Positions 9,125 to 18,590 of a stretch of 64,000 nt of DNA are shown piece by piece. This stretch comes from Candidatus Eiseniibacteriota bacterium. Lineage in GTDB: Bacteria > Eisenbacteria > RBG-16-71-46. Position numbers and translations under genes: made by a program. The stretch lies in contig CAVUWA010000002.1 in assembly GCA_963744995.1 (NCBI GenBank), forward strand, positions 800,001 through 864,000. The letters are read 5' to 3'. The notes beneath the pieces were generated by a model, which worked only from the letters and a program-made list of their open reading frames with translations, was not told the DNA's origin and did not search any database. Every line of letters begins with the position of its first letter. Position 1 is the stretch's first letter.

Positions 9125-9847
9125 TCATGCCCGCCGCCACCACATGCCCGTCCACTCCGGCACGCGCGCCCAGCCGTTGGCGCGAATCAGCCGTGCGTAC
9201 GGCTCGCCGAAGAAGAAGCCGCAGGCCCGGGCCGCGGCCTCGACGCTCTCGAACTCGAAGTCGGTGGAGACGACCCGGTGCTCGAAGCCCATCTCCGCCT
9301 CGAGCCACGCATAGTACGCGGCGAGCCCCGCCGCGGGCGCGGCGGGCCGGGTGACGGCGGTGCCCATCGTCTCGAAGATCACCACCGCGCCGCCGGGGCG
9401 CGCGACGCGGCCCATCTCGCCGATCGCGCGCGTCGCGTTCTCCATCCAGCGGTCGCGCGTCCAGAACGTGAAATGGCCGAACACCCAGCCCGCCGTGACG
9501 ACGTCGAACGCATGATTCGCAAGCGGCAGCGCGCGCGCGTCCGCCACCACGTACGCCGCGCGCGTCGCGCCCAGGGTCTCGAGGCGTCGCTTCGCGACCG
9601 CGAGCATGTGGGGTTCGCGCTCGGCGGCGACGAGCCGGGCGCAGCCGGGCGCGGCGAGGCGCGCGAGCCGTCCGGTGCCGGAGCCCACGTCGAGCACCGC
9701 GCGGCCCGCCAGGGGCGCCACCGCCTCGAGCGCGGGCAGCAGCCGGCCTTCGCAGTCTTCCGCCGAGACCAGGCGATCGTACGCCTCGGCGGCGCCACGG
9801 TAGACCTCGCGGCAGCGATCGAGGGATTCCGATTCGGGAATCAGCAC
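9125..9847 (-). CDS. Class I SAM-dependent methyltransferase
   Basis: VLDVGSGTGRL, DARALPL, FDVV, VARPGG. Confidence 0.88.
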   Translation of the reverse strand: MLIPESESLDRCREVYRGAAEAYDRLVSAEDCEGRLLPALEAVAPLAGRAVLDVGSGTGRLARLAAPGCARLVAAEREPHMLAVAKRRLETLGATRAAYVVADARALPLANHAFDVVTAGWVFGHFTFWTRDRWMENATRAIGEMGRVARPGGAVVIFETMGTAVTRPAAPAAGLAAYYAWLEAEMGFEHRVVSTDFEFESVEAAARACGFFFGEPYARLIRANGWARVPEWTGMWWRRA

Positions 9848-9910
9848 GGCCGGACTGCCACGGGGCGGGGGCCCAGGCGCCGGGGCGCGCGCGCCGGCGG
9901 GACGCCTCCG

Positions 9911-10687
9911 TCAGGCGCCGACGATGTTGTAGCCGCCGTCCACATACATGATCTCGCCGGTGATGCCGCTGCTCATCGGCGAGAGCAGGAACAACCCGGC
10001 CGAACCCACCTCTTCCTGGGTCACGTTGCGCTTGAGCGGAGCCTTCTCGGCATGGCTGTTGAGCATGCCGACGAACCCGTGGATGCCGCGCGCGGCCAGG
10101 GTGCTCACCGGGCCCGCGGAGATGGCGTTCACGCGGATCTTCCTGGGGCCGAGTTCCAGCGCCAGCTGCCGCACGCTCTGCTCGAGCGCCGCCTTCGCGG
10201 TGCCCATGATGTTGTAGGACGGCACCGCACGCTCGGCCGCGAGGTAGGTCAGCGTGACGACCGCGGCCTCGCCCTTTTCGAGCAGCGGCAGCGCGCGGTT
10301 CGTCACGTTGAGCAGCGAGTACGCGCTCACGTCGAGCGTCAGCTGGTAGCCGGCGCGCGAGGTGGACACGAACGCCCCCTCGAGATCCTCCTTGGACGCG
10401 AATGCGACGCCGTGCACCATCATCTCGATCGAGCCCCACTCCGCGCCGAGCCGCTCCACCATCGCGTCGATGGTCTCGTCGCGGGTCACGTCGCATTCGA
10501 GCAGCAGCGCGTCCGGCAGATCGGCGGCGGTCTTCTCGAGCAGCCCTTTCATCCGGTCGTTGGGGTAGGTGAGGCACAGTCGAGCCCCCGCCTGATGCAG
10601 CTGCAGCGCGATCGCCCACGACAGGCTGCGATGGTTGGCCACGCCCATCACCAGCGCGTGCTTTCCAGCGAGATCGATGCCGTACAT
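9911..10687 (-). CDS. fabI: Enoyl-ACP reductase (NADH)
   Basis: GVANHRSLSW, DVSAYS, YNIMGTAKAALE, NAISAGPV, GEIMYVDGG. Confidence 0.95.
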   Translation of the reverse strand: MYGIDLAGKHALVMGVANHRSLSWAIALQLHQAGARLCLTYPNDRMKGLLEKTAADLPDALLLECDVTRDETIDAMVERLGAEWGSIEMMVHGVAFASKEDLEGAFVSTSRAGYQLTLDVSAYSLLNVTNRALPLLEKGEAAVVTLTYLAAERAVPSYNIMGTAKAALEQSVRQLALELGPRKIRVNAISAGPVSTLAARGIHGFVGMLNSHAEKAPLKRNVTQEEVGSAGLFLLSPMSSGITGEIMYVDGGYNIVGA

Positions 10688-10701
10688 GGGAATCCTTTCG
10701 C

Positions 10702-12681
10702 TCAGCCGAGACCGCGCTGCTGCCAGACGCGGATGGGAAAGATGATCACCTGGATGCCGGCGAACTGGAGCCGGCGCTGGATCGAGAAGGACGTCTCGTG
10801 ATGGAGCGTGCGGGTGAACAGCGTCTCGCGCTCGAAGACCAGCTGCCCGGCGCAGACGACGCAGCGCCTGAATTCACGGGTGAGCCCCAGGCACATGTCT
10901 TCGAGCTCCTCGATCAGATCGGTGCCGACACGGTAGCGGAAGTCGGCGTAATAGCCCATCCGGTTCGCGAGGTCGACGAACCGCTCGAGATCGCCCCGCA
11001 CCTTGCCCTCGAGCGCTTCGATGTGCTCGACGCCCTTGAACTGGCCCGAATCCACGAGCCCCACGGTGGCGAACACGATGTTCCTGAAATGCCCCGGCAG
11101 CATGCGCTGGATCGACAGCAGCGTGTGGATGCCGAGCCCGTCGTATTTCTCGACCAGCACGATCGCCGTCGGGCCGTTCGGCGCCATCACCGGCGTCGCC
11201 TTGAGCTCCGGCAGCGGCAGATCCATGACGATCTCGTCGAGCGAGCGCAGCATCCGCCGCGCGCTGCGATAGTGCGCGCGGACGCCGAAGCTCACCACGA
11301 TGAACAGCCCGGTCACCAGCAGCGACACCCACACGCCCTGGGTGAACTTGAGGATCGCGGTGAGCAGCAGGATGAAGCCGGTGACGGTGGTGCCGATCGC
11401 GGCGATGGCGAGCCGGTGCTTCCAGTTGCGCACGGTGTCGCGTACCTGGATCCAGTGCCGCACCATGCCGGCCTGGGTGAGCGTGAACGCGATGAAGACG
11501 TTGATGGAGTACATCACCACCAGGATGCTCACCGCGCCCTGCGTGTAGGTGACCAGCGCCACCGCGGCGAGGCCCATCGTGATGACGCCGTTCTGGGTGA
11601 CGAGCCGCTCGGACAGGTGTGCGAAGCGCTTCGGCACCCAGCCGTCGAGCGCCATCGCGGCGAGCGTGCTCGGGCCGGCGACGAACCCGGTCTGCGCGGC
11701 GACGAACAGCAGCGCGCCCTCCGAGATCAGCGTGAACCAGACCACGCCTTCGCCGATGTCGATGTCGCCGAGATGCCAGCCGTGGGTGAGCAGCGAGAAC
11801 AGCGACGCGTTGAGCGTGCGGCCGGCCTGCTGCTGCACGTCCCACAGCAGGTAGCACAGCAGGATGCCGCCGGCGGTGAAGGCGAGCGAGATCGCCATGT
11901 ACAGCATCGTGCGCTTGCCGGTCGCGATCTTCGGCTCGCGCAGGATGTTGGTGCTGTTGCTCACCGCCTCGATGCCGGTGTAGGTGCCGCCGCCGAGCGA
12001 GTACGCCTTGAAGAAGATCATGAACACGGCCAGTGCGCCGAGTGCGCCGACCGATTCCCGCGTCTTGTGCACGGTCTCCACCGCGATCGGGCCGAGCTGG
12101 GTGGCGTGGGTGAGAATTCCGTACGAGATCAGGACGACGTGGCTGATCATGAAGCTCAGGAAGATCGGGATCAGCACGGTGATCGACTCACGCACGCCGC
12201 GCATGTTGAGGCCGGTGAGGAACAGGATCGCGATCACGGCGGTCGGAACCTTCCACACGTCCCAATCGGTCGGCAGGAACGAGTAGATCGCGTCGCAGCC
12301 GGAGGCCACCGAAATCGAGATCGTCAGCACGTAGTCGACGACCAGCGAGCCGCCGGCGATCACGCCGGGGACCGGGCCGAGCAGCTGCGTCGCCACCAGG
12401 TAGCCGCCGCCGCCGGTCGGGAACAGCTCGACGATCTGCCGGTAGGAGGCCGAGATCAGGAACACGGTGGCCACCATCGCGCCGGCGAGATAGAGCGCGA
12501 GGTAGCGGTGGTTGCCGAGCTGCAGGAAGGTCTCTTCCGGACCATAGGCGGACGACGAGAGGCCGTCCGAACCGAGCCCCACCCAGGCGAAGAACGCGAT
12601 CAGGGCCAGGCTGTGGAAGATCCTCGGATCGAACAGATTCTTCGGCCCACCGAGCAGAATGCTGCGAATGCGTTTGAACAC
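10702..12681 (-). CDS. APC-family permease, KimA/YdaO-like (possible K+ or amino-acid transporter)
   Basis: SDGLSSSAYGPEE, GGGGY, DYVLTISISVASG, TGIEAVSN, about 12 TM segments and a cytoplasmic C-domain. GTG 12681 chosen from the promoter position. Confidence 0.85.
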   Translation of the reverse strand: MFKRIRSILLGGPKNLFDPRIFHSLALIAFFAWVGLGSDGLSSSAYGPEETFLQLGNHRYLALYLAGAMVATVFLISASYRQIVELFPTGGGGYLVATQLLGPVPGVIAGGSLVVDYVLTISISVASGCDAIYSFLPTDWDVWKVPTAVIAILFLTGLNMRGVRESITVLIPIFLSFMISHVVLISYGILTHATQLGPIAVETVHKTRESVGALGALAVFMIFFKAYSLGGGTYTGIEAVSNSTNILREPKIATGKRTMLYMAISLAFTAGGILLCYLLWDVQQQAGRTLNASLFSLLTHGWHLGDIDIGEGVVWFTLISEGALLFVAAQTGFVAGPSTLAAMALDGWVPKRFAHLSERLVTQNGVITMGLAAVALVTYTQGAVSILVVMYSINVFIAFTLTQAGMVRHWIQVRDTVRNWKHRLAIAAIGTTVTGFILLLTAILKFTQGVWVSLLVTGLFIVVSFGVRAHYRSARRMLRSLDEIVMDLPLPELKATPVMAPNGPTAIVLVEKYDGLGIHTLLSIQRMLPGHFRNIVFATVGLVDSGQFKGVEHIEALEGKVRGDLERFVDLANRMGYYADFRYRVGTDLIEELEDMCLGLTREFRRCVVCAGQLVFERETLFTRTLHHETSFSIQRRLQFAGIQVIIFPIRVWQQRGLG

Positions 12682-12688
12682 GCGTGGG

Positions 12689-12717
12689 AATCTAGGGGCC
12701 GGGGCAGCACATATCAA
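12689..12717 (-). promoter_or_regulatory. Sigma70-type promoter TTGATA-N17-TAGATT, 7 nt before the GTG (leaderless)
   Basis: Read directly on the minus strand; canonical 17-nt spacing. Confidence 0.7.
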
Positions 12718-12819
12718 GGTCATGACATGTAGAATGGGGCCCCGTCACGGAGGTGAGGTGCGCGCGAGGTGCACCGCAGGCTCCCGGCGATGCACCCATG
12801 CCCGGATGGGCCGGAAGGA

Positions 12820-14406
12820 ATGCCCCGTATCCGTCTCACGATGATGCTTGCCGCGGCCGCGGTTCTGCTCACGACCACCGGCGATCGGCTCGCGCCGGGG
12901 CACGGGCCCGACGGCGTGCACGCCGTGCGCTCGGGCGCTCCGGCGGGGCTGCCCGTGTTCGCGCTGTTCGGCTGGGTGAGCCCGCCGGCCGACTTCGCCG
13001 ACAGCGCGCGCTACGCGGAGATGGCCGCCGCGGGGCTCAACCTCGCACTGCCCGCGTTCGACGACTCCGGTGGACTCGCCCCGCCCGGCGCGCAGCTGGA
13101 CCTCGCGGAAGCGAACGGACTGCGCGTCATACTCTGGGACCCGCGCTTCGAGAAGCTGGCCGACCCGGGCTACGATCCGGACTCGCTGCTCGATCGCATC
13201 GTCGCCGACTACCGGGATCATCCGGGGCTCGCGGGCTACTACCTGGGTGACGAGCCGCAGCCGTCCCTGCTGCCGTTGCTGGCCCGGGTGCACGCGGGCC
13301 TGCGCGCGCGCGACCCCGCGCACCCCGGCTGGAACAACCTGTTCGGCCGGCAGGCCTACGGCAGCGCGGATGCGCTCGAAGCGGCGCTGCGCGCCTACGC
13401 CGACAGCGTCGCGCCCGCGGTGCTGAGCGACGACCACTACGACTTCACGGAGAGCGGCGATCGGGGCCATTTCATCGAGAACGTGACGCGGCTCGCCGCG
13501 GTCGCACGCGCGCACGGCATTCCGTTCTGGTGCGTGGTGCAGCTCACCCAGCACGCGATATTCCGCGCGCTCACGCCGGGCGAGCTGCGCTGGCAGGTGT
13601 CGCATCTGCTCGCGTACGGCGCGCGCGGTGTCGGCTACTTCACCTACTGGACCCCGGCCGCGGACCCGTACTGGAACTGGCAGCCGGCGGTGATCGACAC
13701 CGACGGCACGCGCACGTCGTGGTTCGACGTCCTCGCGGCCTTCAATCCGTACGTGCGTGCGGCCGGCGAGCGGCTCGCGGCCCTCGCCTGGATCACCACG
13801 CAGCATGCGGGCAGCGTGCCGGCAGGCGGGCAGGCGTTCGCGCCGGACGACTGGGTGTCGGCGGTCGAGGGGCGTGCGGCGATCGGCGAATTCGCCGATG
13901 CGCAGGGCGGTCGCCGCGTCGTCGTCGCGAACAGCGACTCGGCGTCGGCGCAGCAGATCGCCCTGACGTTCCCGGGCGCCGACTCGGTGGCGTGGCTCCT
14001 GCCGCCGGGGACGTCGTGGAGCGCCGCACCGGCCGGCGTCGTCCCGGGCGGCCTGCGCGTCACCATGACGATCGAGGCCGGTTCGTTCCGGTTGCTGCGG
14101 ATCTTCGGTGCGGACGGGGGCAGCGGCGCGAGCGGCACGCGTCCGGGCCTCGATCTCTCGCCCAACCCCGCGCGCGGCGCGTGCCGCATGGCCGTAGCCG
14201 CCGCGGTGGGTGGCGCGACGCTCGAGATCATCGACGCCGGCGGCCGGCGCATATGGGCGCGCGCGCTCGCACCCGGACGCTCGGTGGTCGAATGGCACGG
14301 CGAGACCGACGGCGGCGGCCGCGCCCCCGGCGGGCTCTACTTCGCCCGCATCCGCGACGAGCGCGGCACCGCCGTGCGGCGGCTGGCCTGGCTCGGGGCG
14401 AACTGA
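12820..14406 (+). CDS. Secreted clan-A-like glycoside hydrolase with C-terminal FlgD-Ig/T9SS-like domain
   Basis: Signal peptide, AGYYLGDEP, GARGVGYFTY, and CTD SPNP...WHGETDGGGRAPGGLYFARI. Confidence 0.75.
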   Translation: MPRIRLTMMLAAAAVLLTTTGDRLAPGHGPDGVHAVRSGAPAGLPVFALFGWVSPPADFADSARYAEMAAAGLNLALPAFDDSGGLAPPGAQLDLAEANGLRVILWDPRFEKLADPGYDPDSLLDRIVADYRDHPGLAGYYLGDEPQPSLLPLLARVHAGLRARDPAHPGWNNLFGRQAYGSADALEAALRAYADSVAPAVLSDDHYDFTESGDRGHFIENVTRLAAVARAHGIPFWCVVQLTQHAIFRALTPGELRWQVSHLLAYGARGVGYFTYWTPAADPYWNWQPAVIDTDGTRTSWFDVLAAFNPYVRAAGERLAALAWITTQHAGSVPAGGQAFAPDDWVSAVEGRAAIGEFADAQGGRRVVVANSDSASAQQIALTFPGADSVAWLLPPGTSWSAAPAGVVPGGLRVTMTIEAGSFRLLRIFGADGGSGASGTRPGLDLSPNPARGACRMAVAAAVGGATLEIIDAGGRRIWARALAPGRSVVEWHGETDGGGRAPGGLYFARIRDERGTAVRRLAWLGAN

Positions 14407-15095
14407 TGGCGAAGGCGCCCTCGACCGCGGCCATCGCAAAACGCATCGTCGCCTGCGAGAAGTGCGAGCGGCTGCGCGAGTGGTGCACACGCGTGGCGCG
14501 CGAGAAACGCCCCATGTACGCGCACGAAACCTACTGGGGGCGGCCGGTGCCGGGCTTCGGCGATCCGCGCGCACGGCTGCTGATCGTGGGGCTCGCCCCG
14601 GCGGCGCACGGCGCGAACCGCACCGGGCGCATGTTCACCGGCGATTCGAGCGGCGACTGGCTGTACGAAGCGCTGCACCGCTACGGCTTCGCCAGCCGGC
14701 CGGACTCCGTGTCGCGCCACGACGGCATGCGACTCACCGACTGCTACGTCACCGCGGCGGTGCGCTGCGCACCGCCCGGCAACAAGCCCGTGCGCGAGGA
14801 GTTCGACGCCTGCCGCCCGTACCTCGAGGCCGAGATCCGCGCGCTCACCCGCGTGCGCGTGGTGCTGGCGCTCGGGCGGATCGCGCACGAATCGTGGCTC
14901 CGCGCTTCGGGCTGGTGGCTCAGGACCACGCCGCGCGAGCGGCCGGCGTTCGCGCACGGGCGCGTGGCCCGGCTCTCCGACGGCGTGACGCTGGTGAGTT
15001 CCTACCACCCGAGCCGCCAGAACACCAACACCGGCACACTGACGCACAAGATGTGGTACGCCGCGTTCGAGAAGGCGCGCGGCGCGATGCGCTAA
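14406..15095 (+). CDS. udgB: Uracil-DNA glycosylase, family 5
   Basis: CEKCERL Fe-S cysteines, GLAPAAHGANRTGRMFTGD, RCAPPGNKP, YHPSRQNT. Confidence 0.92.
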   Translation: MAKAPSTAAIAKRIVACEKCERLREWCTRVAREKRPMYAHETYWGRPVPGFGDPRARLLIVGLAPAAHGANRTGRMFTGDSSGDWLYEALHRYGFASRPDSVSRHDGMRLTDCYVTAAVRCAPPGNKPVREEFDACRPYLEAEIRALTRVRVVLALGRIAHESWLRASGWWLRTTPRERPAFAHGRVARLSDGVTLVSSYHPSRQNTNTGTLTHKMWYAAFEKARGAMR

Positions 15096-15135
15096 TCCCG
15101 CCAGCCCGGCGGCGCGATCGGCGCGTGCCGCGCGC

Positions 15136-17316
15136 TCACGGGGCCGCGGATTTCGGCAGCCCCCAGATCTGCTGAAGCACGAAGTCCACCACCTTCGTGC
15201 ACTGTGCCTTCTGCAGGTTCCAGAGGTCGAAGCCGCTGGTGACCACCCGCGTCCCGTCGGCGCCGTGGTAATAGGTCATCGTGACGTTCTCGGGATTGGT
15301 GGAGGGCAGGCCCGGGCCCACCGCCCGATAGAGCGTATCGAGCGTGCTCGCGGTGTCGGGCATGCCCGGCACCATGCTGACGTCCTCGAGCACCTCGTTC
15401 GGTTGGCTCAGGAATTCGAAGTCGAGCGAGTGGTAGTAGAGAAAGAAGGCCTGCCCGGTGCGCGTGGGTGGCAGCGGATCGGTGGCGAGGGTCTTGAGCG
15501 ACAGCGTCGGCGGCAGCAGCGCGTAGTCGGGGGCCATCGGCCAGCCGCCCACGGCGCGCGCCGAACGGATCATCGTCGCCTGCGCGCGGGTCGCGTCGTA
15601 ATCCGAGCGCCAGCCGGTGGCCTCGTAATAGAAGCCGCCCGGGTGGAGCCCCTGCGGCGTCGCCGCCTGCGCCGTGCCGCCCCCCAGCAGCCACAGCCGG
15701 CCCCCCTGGCCGACGTACGCCGCCAGCGCGTTGATCACGCCGCCCGAGTTCATCACCCGCAGCGACGTCCGGTCGTGGCGCCCGTTGTTGAGCGCGCTCA
15801 GTGCATCGACGATCCAGATCACGTGACGGTAGGTGCTGAGCGTCGTGAAGCTGAACACGTCGTCGGTCGTGCCGAGCGTGTCGTACGCGTAGCCGGCGAA
15901 CAGGCCGGGTGGCGTGAGCGTACCGGCGGGCAGGCAACGCCAGGGCACGTTGCCGCGCGCATAGAGGAATGTGTCCAGCTCCGCCGCAGTCGGCCAGTAG
16001 CCGGAGGCCGGCAGCGGGCAGCCGCCCGGGCCAGCCTGGTCCGGGAGCAACCGGGTATCGTCGACGATCAGCAGATCGCGCGACATGGCCGCGCCGAGCA
16101 CGCGGGTCCTCACGATCCCGAGGCTGCGCAGGCCGAGGTCGTCGCTCGCCTCCACGTAGAAGCGGTGCTCCTCGCCGGCCGGGAACGGACCGACTTCGGC
16201 GGTGAGCGTGAGCGCGCTCGGCGTGCTCCAGTGGCCCACGTCGGTTTCCTCGTCGCTGCGGGGCGTCTCGTCGCTGACGTCGCCGTCCAGGCGCCAGCGA
16301 TAGGCGACCACGGCGCTGCCGGCATTGGGCACCGCGAACCAGCTGATCCGAACCGTGTGGTCGGGCAGCACGTCGAGAGGGATTTCGGCGCGCGGGTCGA
16401 GCGTGTAGCCGCCGCTCGGGTAGGTGTAGCGGAAGTAGTCGTTGTAGAGCGTGAACGTCGGGCCGATCGTCGCCGCGAGGCTCACTTTGAAGCGCAGCAC
16501 GTTGGTGTTGAGCGAAAAGACCGGCGAATACGCGCCCGCCTCGTCGATCGCCACGACGACGAACACGTAGGTGGCGCCCGGGGTCAGGTTCGTGAAGTGC
16601 ACGAGCGGACGGTCGCCCGGCGTCGAATCCCATCCGGCGAACGCCGGCGCGAAGTAGCGCCTGAGCGAATCGGGATCGCTGATCGCGACCGACTGCGGGA
16701 ACGACGAGGACGACGTGAGCAGCAGGTACTTGTAGGCGACCGGCGCCTTCGAGTTCACGCCGTCCGGATCGGTGCCGGTCCAGTGCAGCTCGATCGACGA
16801 GGACAGGTTGGCCGGGAGCAGGGCGTTCGGGATCGGGGTCGTGATGATCACCGACGGCGCGACCGTGCGTGTGAAGAACGCCCGCGTCTCGGGCACCGAG
16901 GCCAGCCCCTGGCGGTCGAAGGCCTTGATCAGGAACACGTGGAAGGCGACCGCCTGGCCCGCGGCGCCGCTCGGGTCCGGCTCGTCGGAGCGGAAGACGA
17001 GGCGCGTCTCGTGATCTTCCGTGCGGACCCAGGCGGTATCGTCCGGCGCCGGATCCACCGCGTATTCGAAGTGGTCGATCGCGCCGTCCGGGTCGTACGC
17101 GAACCACTCCAGCGTGTACGCGTACGTGTAGGGTACGGTGGAGCTGGCAGGCGCGTGCTCGAGCTCGATCACCGGGCGCTGGTTGGGAACCAGCATTCCG
17201 GCGGGGCGCTTCACGCAGGCACCCGCCGCCCAGGCGAGCGCCCCTGCGGCGAGCACGGCGGGCAGGGCGTGCCGCAGGCGCAACGGCGCGGGCCGGGCAC
17301 GCTCTCGCGCGCTCAT
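15136..17316 (-). CDS. Large lipoprotein with Ig/FN3-like modules, function unknown
   Basis: Lipobox-like AAGAC, repeated W...DPDG motifs, A.D..G beta-strand ends. Confidence 0.75.
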   Translation of the reverse strand: MSARERARPAPLRLRHALPAVLAAGALAWAAGACVKRPAGMLVPNQRPVIELEHAPASSTVPYTYAYTLEWFAYDPDGAIDHFEYAVDPAPDDTAWVRTEDHETRLVFRSDEPDPSGAAGQAVAFHVFLIKAFDRQGLASVPETRAFFTRTVAPSVIITTPIPNALLPANLSSSIELHWTGTDPDGVNSKAPVAYKYLLLTSSSSFPQSVAISDPDSLRRYFAPAFAGWDSTPGDRPLVHFTNLTPGATYVFVVVAIDEAGAYSPVFSLNTNVLRFKVSLAATIGPTFTLYNDYFRYTYPSGGYTLDPRAEIPLDVLPDHTVRISWFAVPNAGSAVVAYRWRLDGDVSDETPRSDEETDVGHWSTPSALTLTAEVGPFPAGEEHRFYVEASDDLGLRSLGIVRTRVLGAAMSRDLLIVDDTRLLPDQAGPGGCPLPASGYWPTAAELDTFLYARGNVPWRCLPAGTLTPPGLFAGYAYDTLGTTDDVFSFTTLSTYRHVIWIVDALSALNNGRHDRTSLRVMNSGGVINALAAYVGQGGRLWLLGGGTAQAATPQGLHPGGFYYEATGWRSDYDATRAQATMIRSARAVGGWPMAPDYALLPPTLSLKTLATDPLPPTRTGQAFFLYYHSLDFEFLSQPNEVLEDVSMVPGMPDTASTLDTLYRAVGPGLPSTNPENVTMTYYHGADGTRVVTSGFDLWNLQKAQCTKVVDFVLQQIWGLPKSAAP

Positions 17317-18590
17317 GGACGGCGCCCCGCGATCAGGTCGAACGCGTTGCGGCGATAGATGTAGACGACCAGCCTGGGCTGTCGCGATGGGTCGGAGGTC
17401 GTGGGGGAGGCCCAGCCGAAGTTGGAGTCGGCATCGAGGCGGTAGCCGAAGCGCGCCCTCCCGCGCATGCGCGACTCGAGGTGCGAGGCGAGGCGCGGCG
17501 AATGGAACCGCACCCGATTGCCCGCCATCACTTCACCGATCGCGAGCGGCGAGGCAGTGGGGTCGTCGTAGGGCGGCCCCGGGTAACCGATGCCGCATGC
17601 CATCCATGCACCCTCGGTGCCGCTGATCGTGAGCCTGCGCCCGTTCGGGTTGGAGCCCGCCGACGAAGGCGTGAGGACGAGGACCGCGTCCGCGAGCCGC
17701 AGGTCGTCGCCGTACCCGCTCAGCTCCCAGTCCATCGCACCGTTGTAGGAGGGCCCGCAACCCACGGTCGCGCTGAAGCAGCTCCGGACATCGCCGAAGT
17801 TCGACACGTGTCGCACCGAGGCCCACTGCGAGCACACCAGTGTCAGCGAGTCGACCGGCAGTCCCGTCGAGAGCGTCCCGAAGCGCCAGACCGGACCCTC
17901 GGCCACTTCGCCCGTGGACAGATTCGTCGCTCTCACCGACCAGTAGTGCGTCTCACCCAGCGTCCAGGCCGGGTCGGGAGCATAGGTGGCGAAGCCCGTC
18001 GCGGCGACCGCGGGCGCCGTGCGGGCCGCGACCGACGCCGAGTCGGAGCTTTCGAAGATCTCGTAGCGGATCGTACCGGCGGTGGGCTCGGTGGAGTCCC
18101 ACGCGAGCGGCACGAACGCCGACTCGTCCACCGTGCCGGCTGCGGGCGAGGGATGCGCCGGACGCCGCACGCCGTTGGTCCTGAACTGCCAGAAGAACGG
18201 CTCGAGCGCGGCGCCGTCCGCGGCGCGCACCCCGTCGCCGAAGCTCACCGTGTGAGTGCGCAGCAGCTCGAGCAGGGCCTGCGGCTCGATGTGCACGCGC
18301 CGCCGCGCAGGCTCCCAGGTGATCGCGATCGGGATCCGCCGCGTATCGCGCTTGAGGAAGATGCGATCGGGGCCGAGCGTCGCAGGGTCCAGGTCGCGAT
18401 CGAAGTCGGCCCAGATGTCGGTCTCGGCGAGCACGCCGGTCGAGCGGCTCGCCGGCATGAGGCCCGTCACCAGCGCCGGCGGCGCTTCTTCCGGGCCGGC
18501 GAGATCCGCGGCGTGGTGCCGGGCGCAGCCGCCGAGCGCGACGGCGAGCGCGAATGCAAGCGCCGAAGTCCGGATCGAAGGCGCGCTCAT
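17313..18590 (-). CDS. Lipoprotein with Ig-like (Big_5/SbsA-type) domain
   Basis: ALGGC lipobox, FDRDLDPATL, YWSVRA...GPVWRF. 4-nt overlaps with both neighbours. Confidence 0.75.
   Translation of the reverse strand: MSAPSIRTSALAFALAVALGGCARHHAADLAGPEEAPPALVTGLMPASRSTGVLAETDIWADFDRDLDPATLGPDRIFLKRDTRRIPIAITWEPARRRVHIEPQALLELLRTHTVSFGDGVRAADGAALEPFFWQFRTNGVRRPAHPSPAAGTVDESAFVPLAWDSTEPTAGTIRYEIFESSDSASVAARTAPAVAATGFATYAPDPAWTLGETHYWSVRATNLSTGEVAEGPVWRFGTLSTGLPVDSLTLVCSQWASVRHVSNFGDVRSCFSATVGCGPSYNGAMDWELSGYGDDLRLADAVLVLTPSSAGSNPNGRRLTISGTEGAWMACGIGYPGPPYDDPTASPLAIGEVMAGNRVRFHSPRLASHLESRMRGRARFGYRLDADSNFGWASPTTSDPSRQPRLVVYIYRRNAFDLIAGRRP

Noticed and set aside
12682..12819. ydaO (c-di-AMP) riboswitch ahead of the KimA-like transporter
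   Set aside because: The promoter abuts the start codon, leaving no leader, and no ydaO motif is visible
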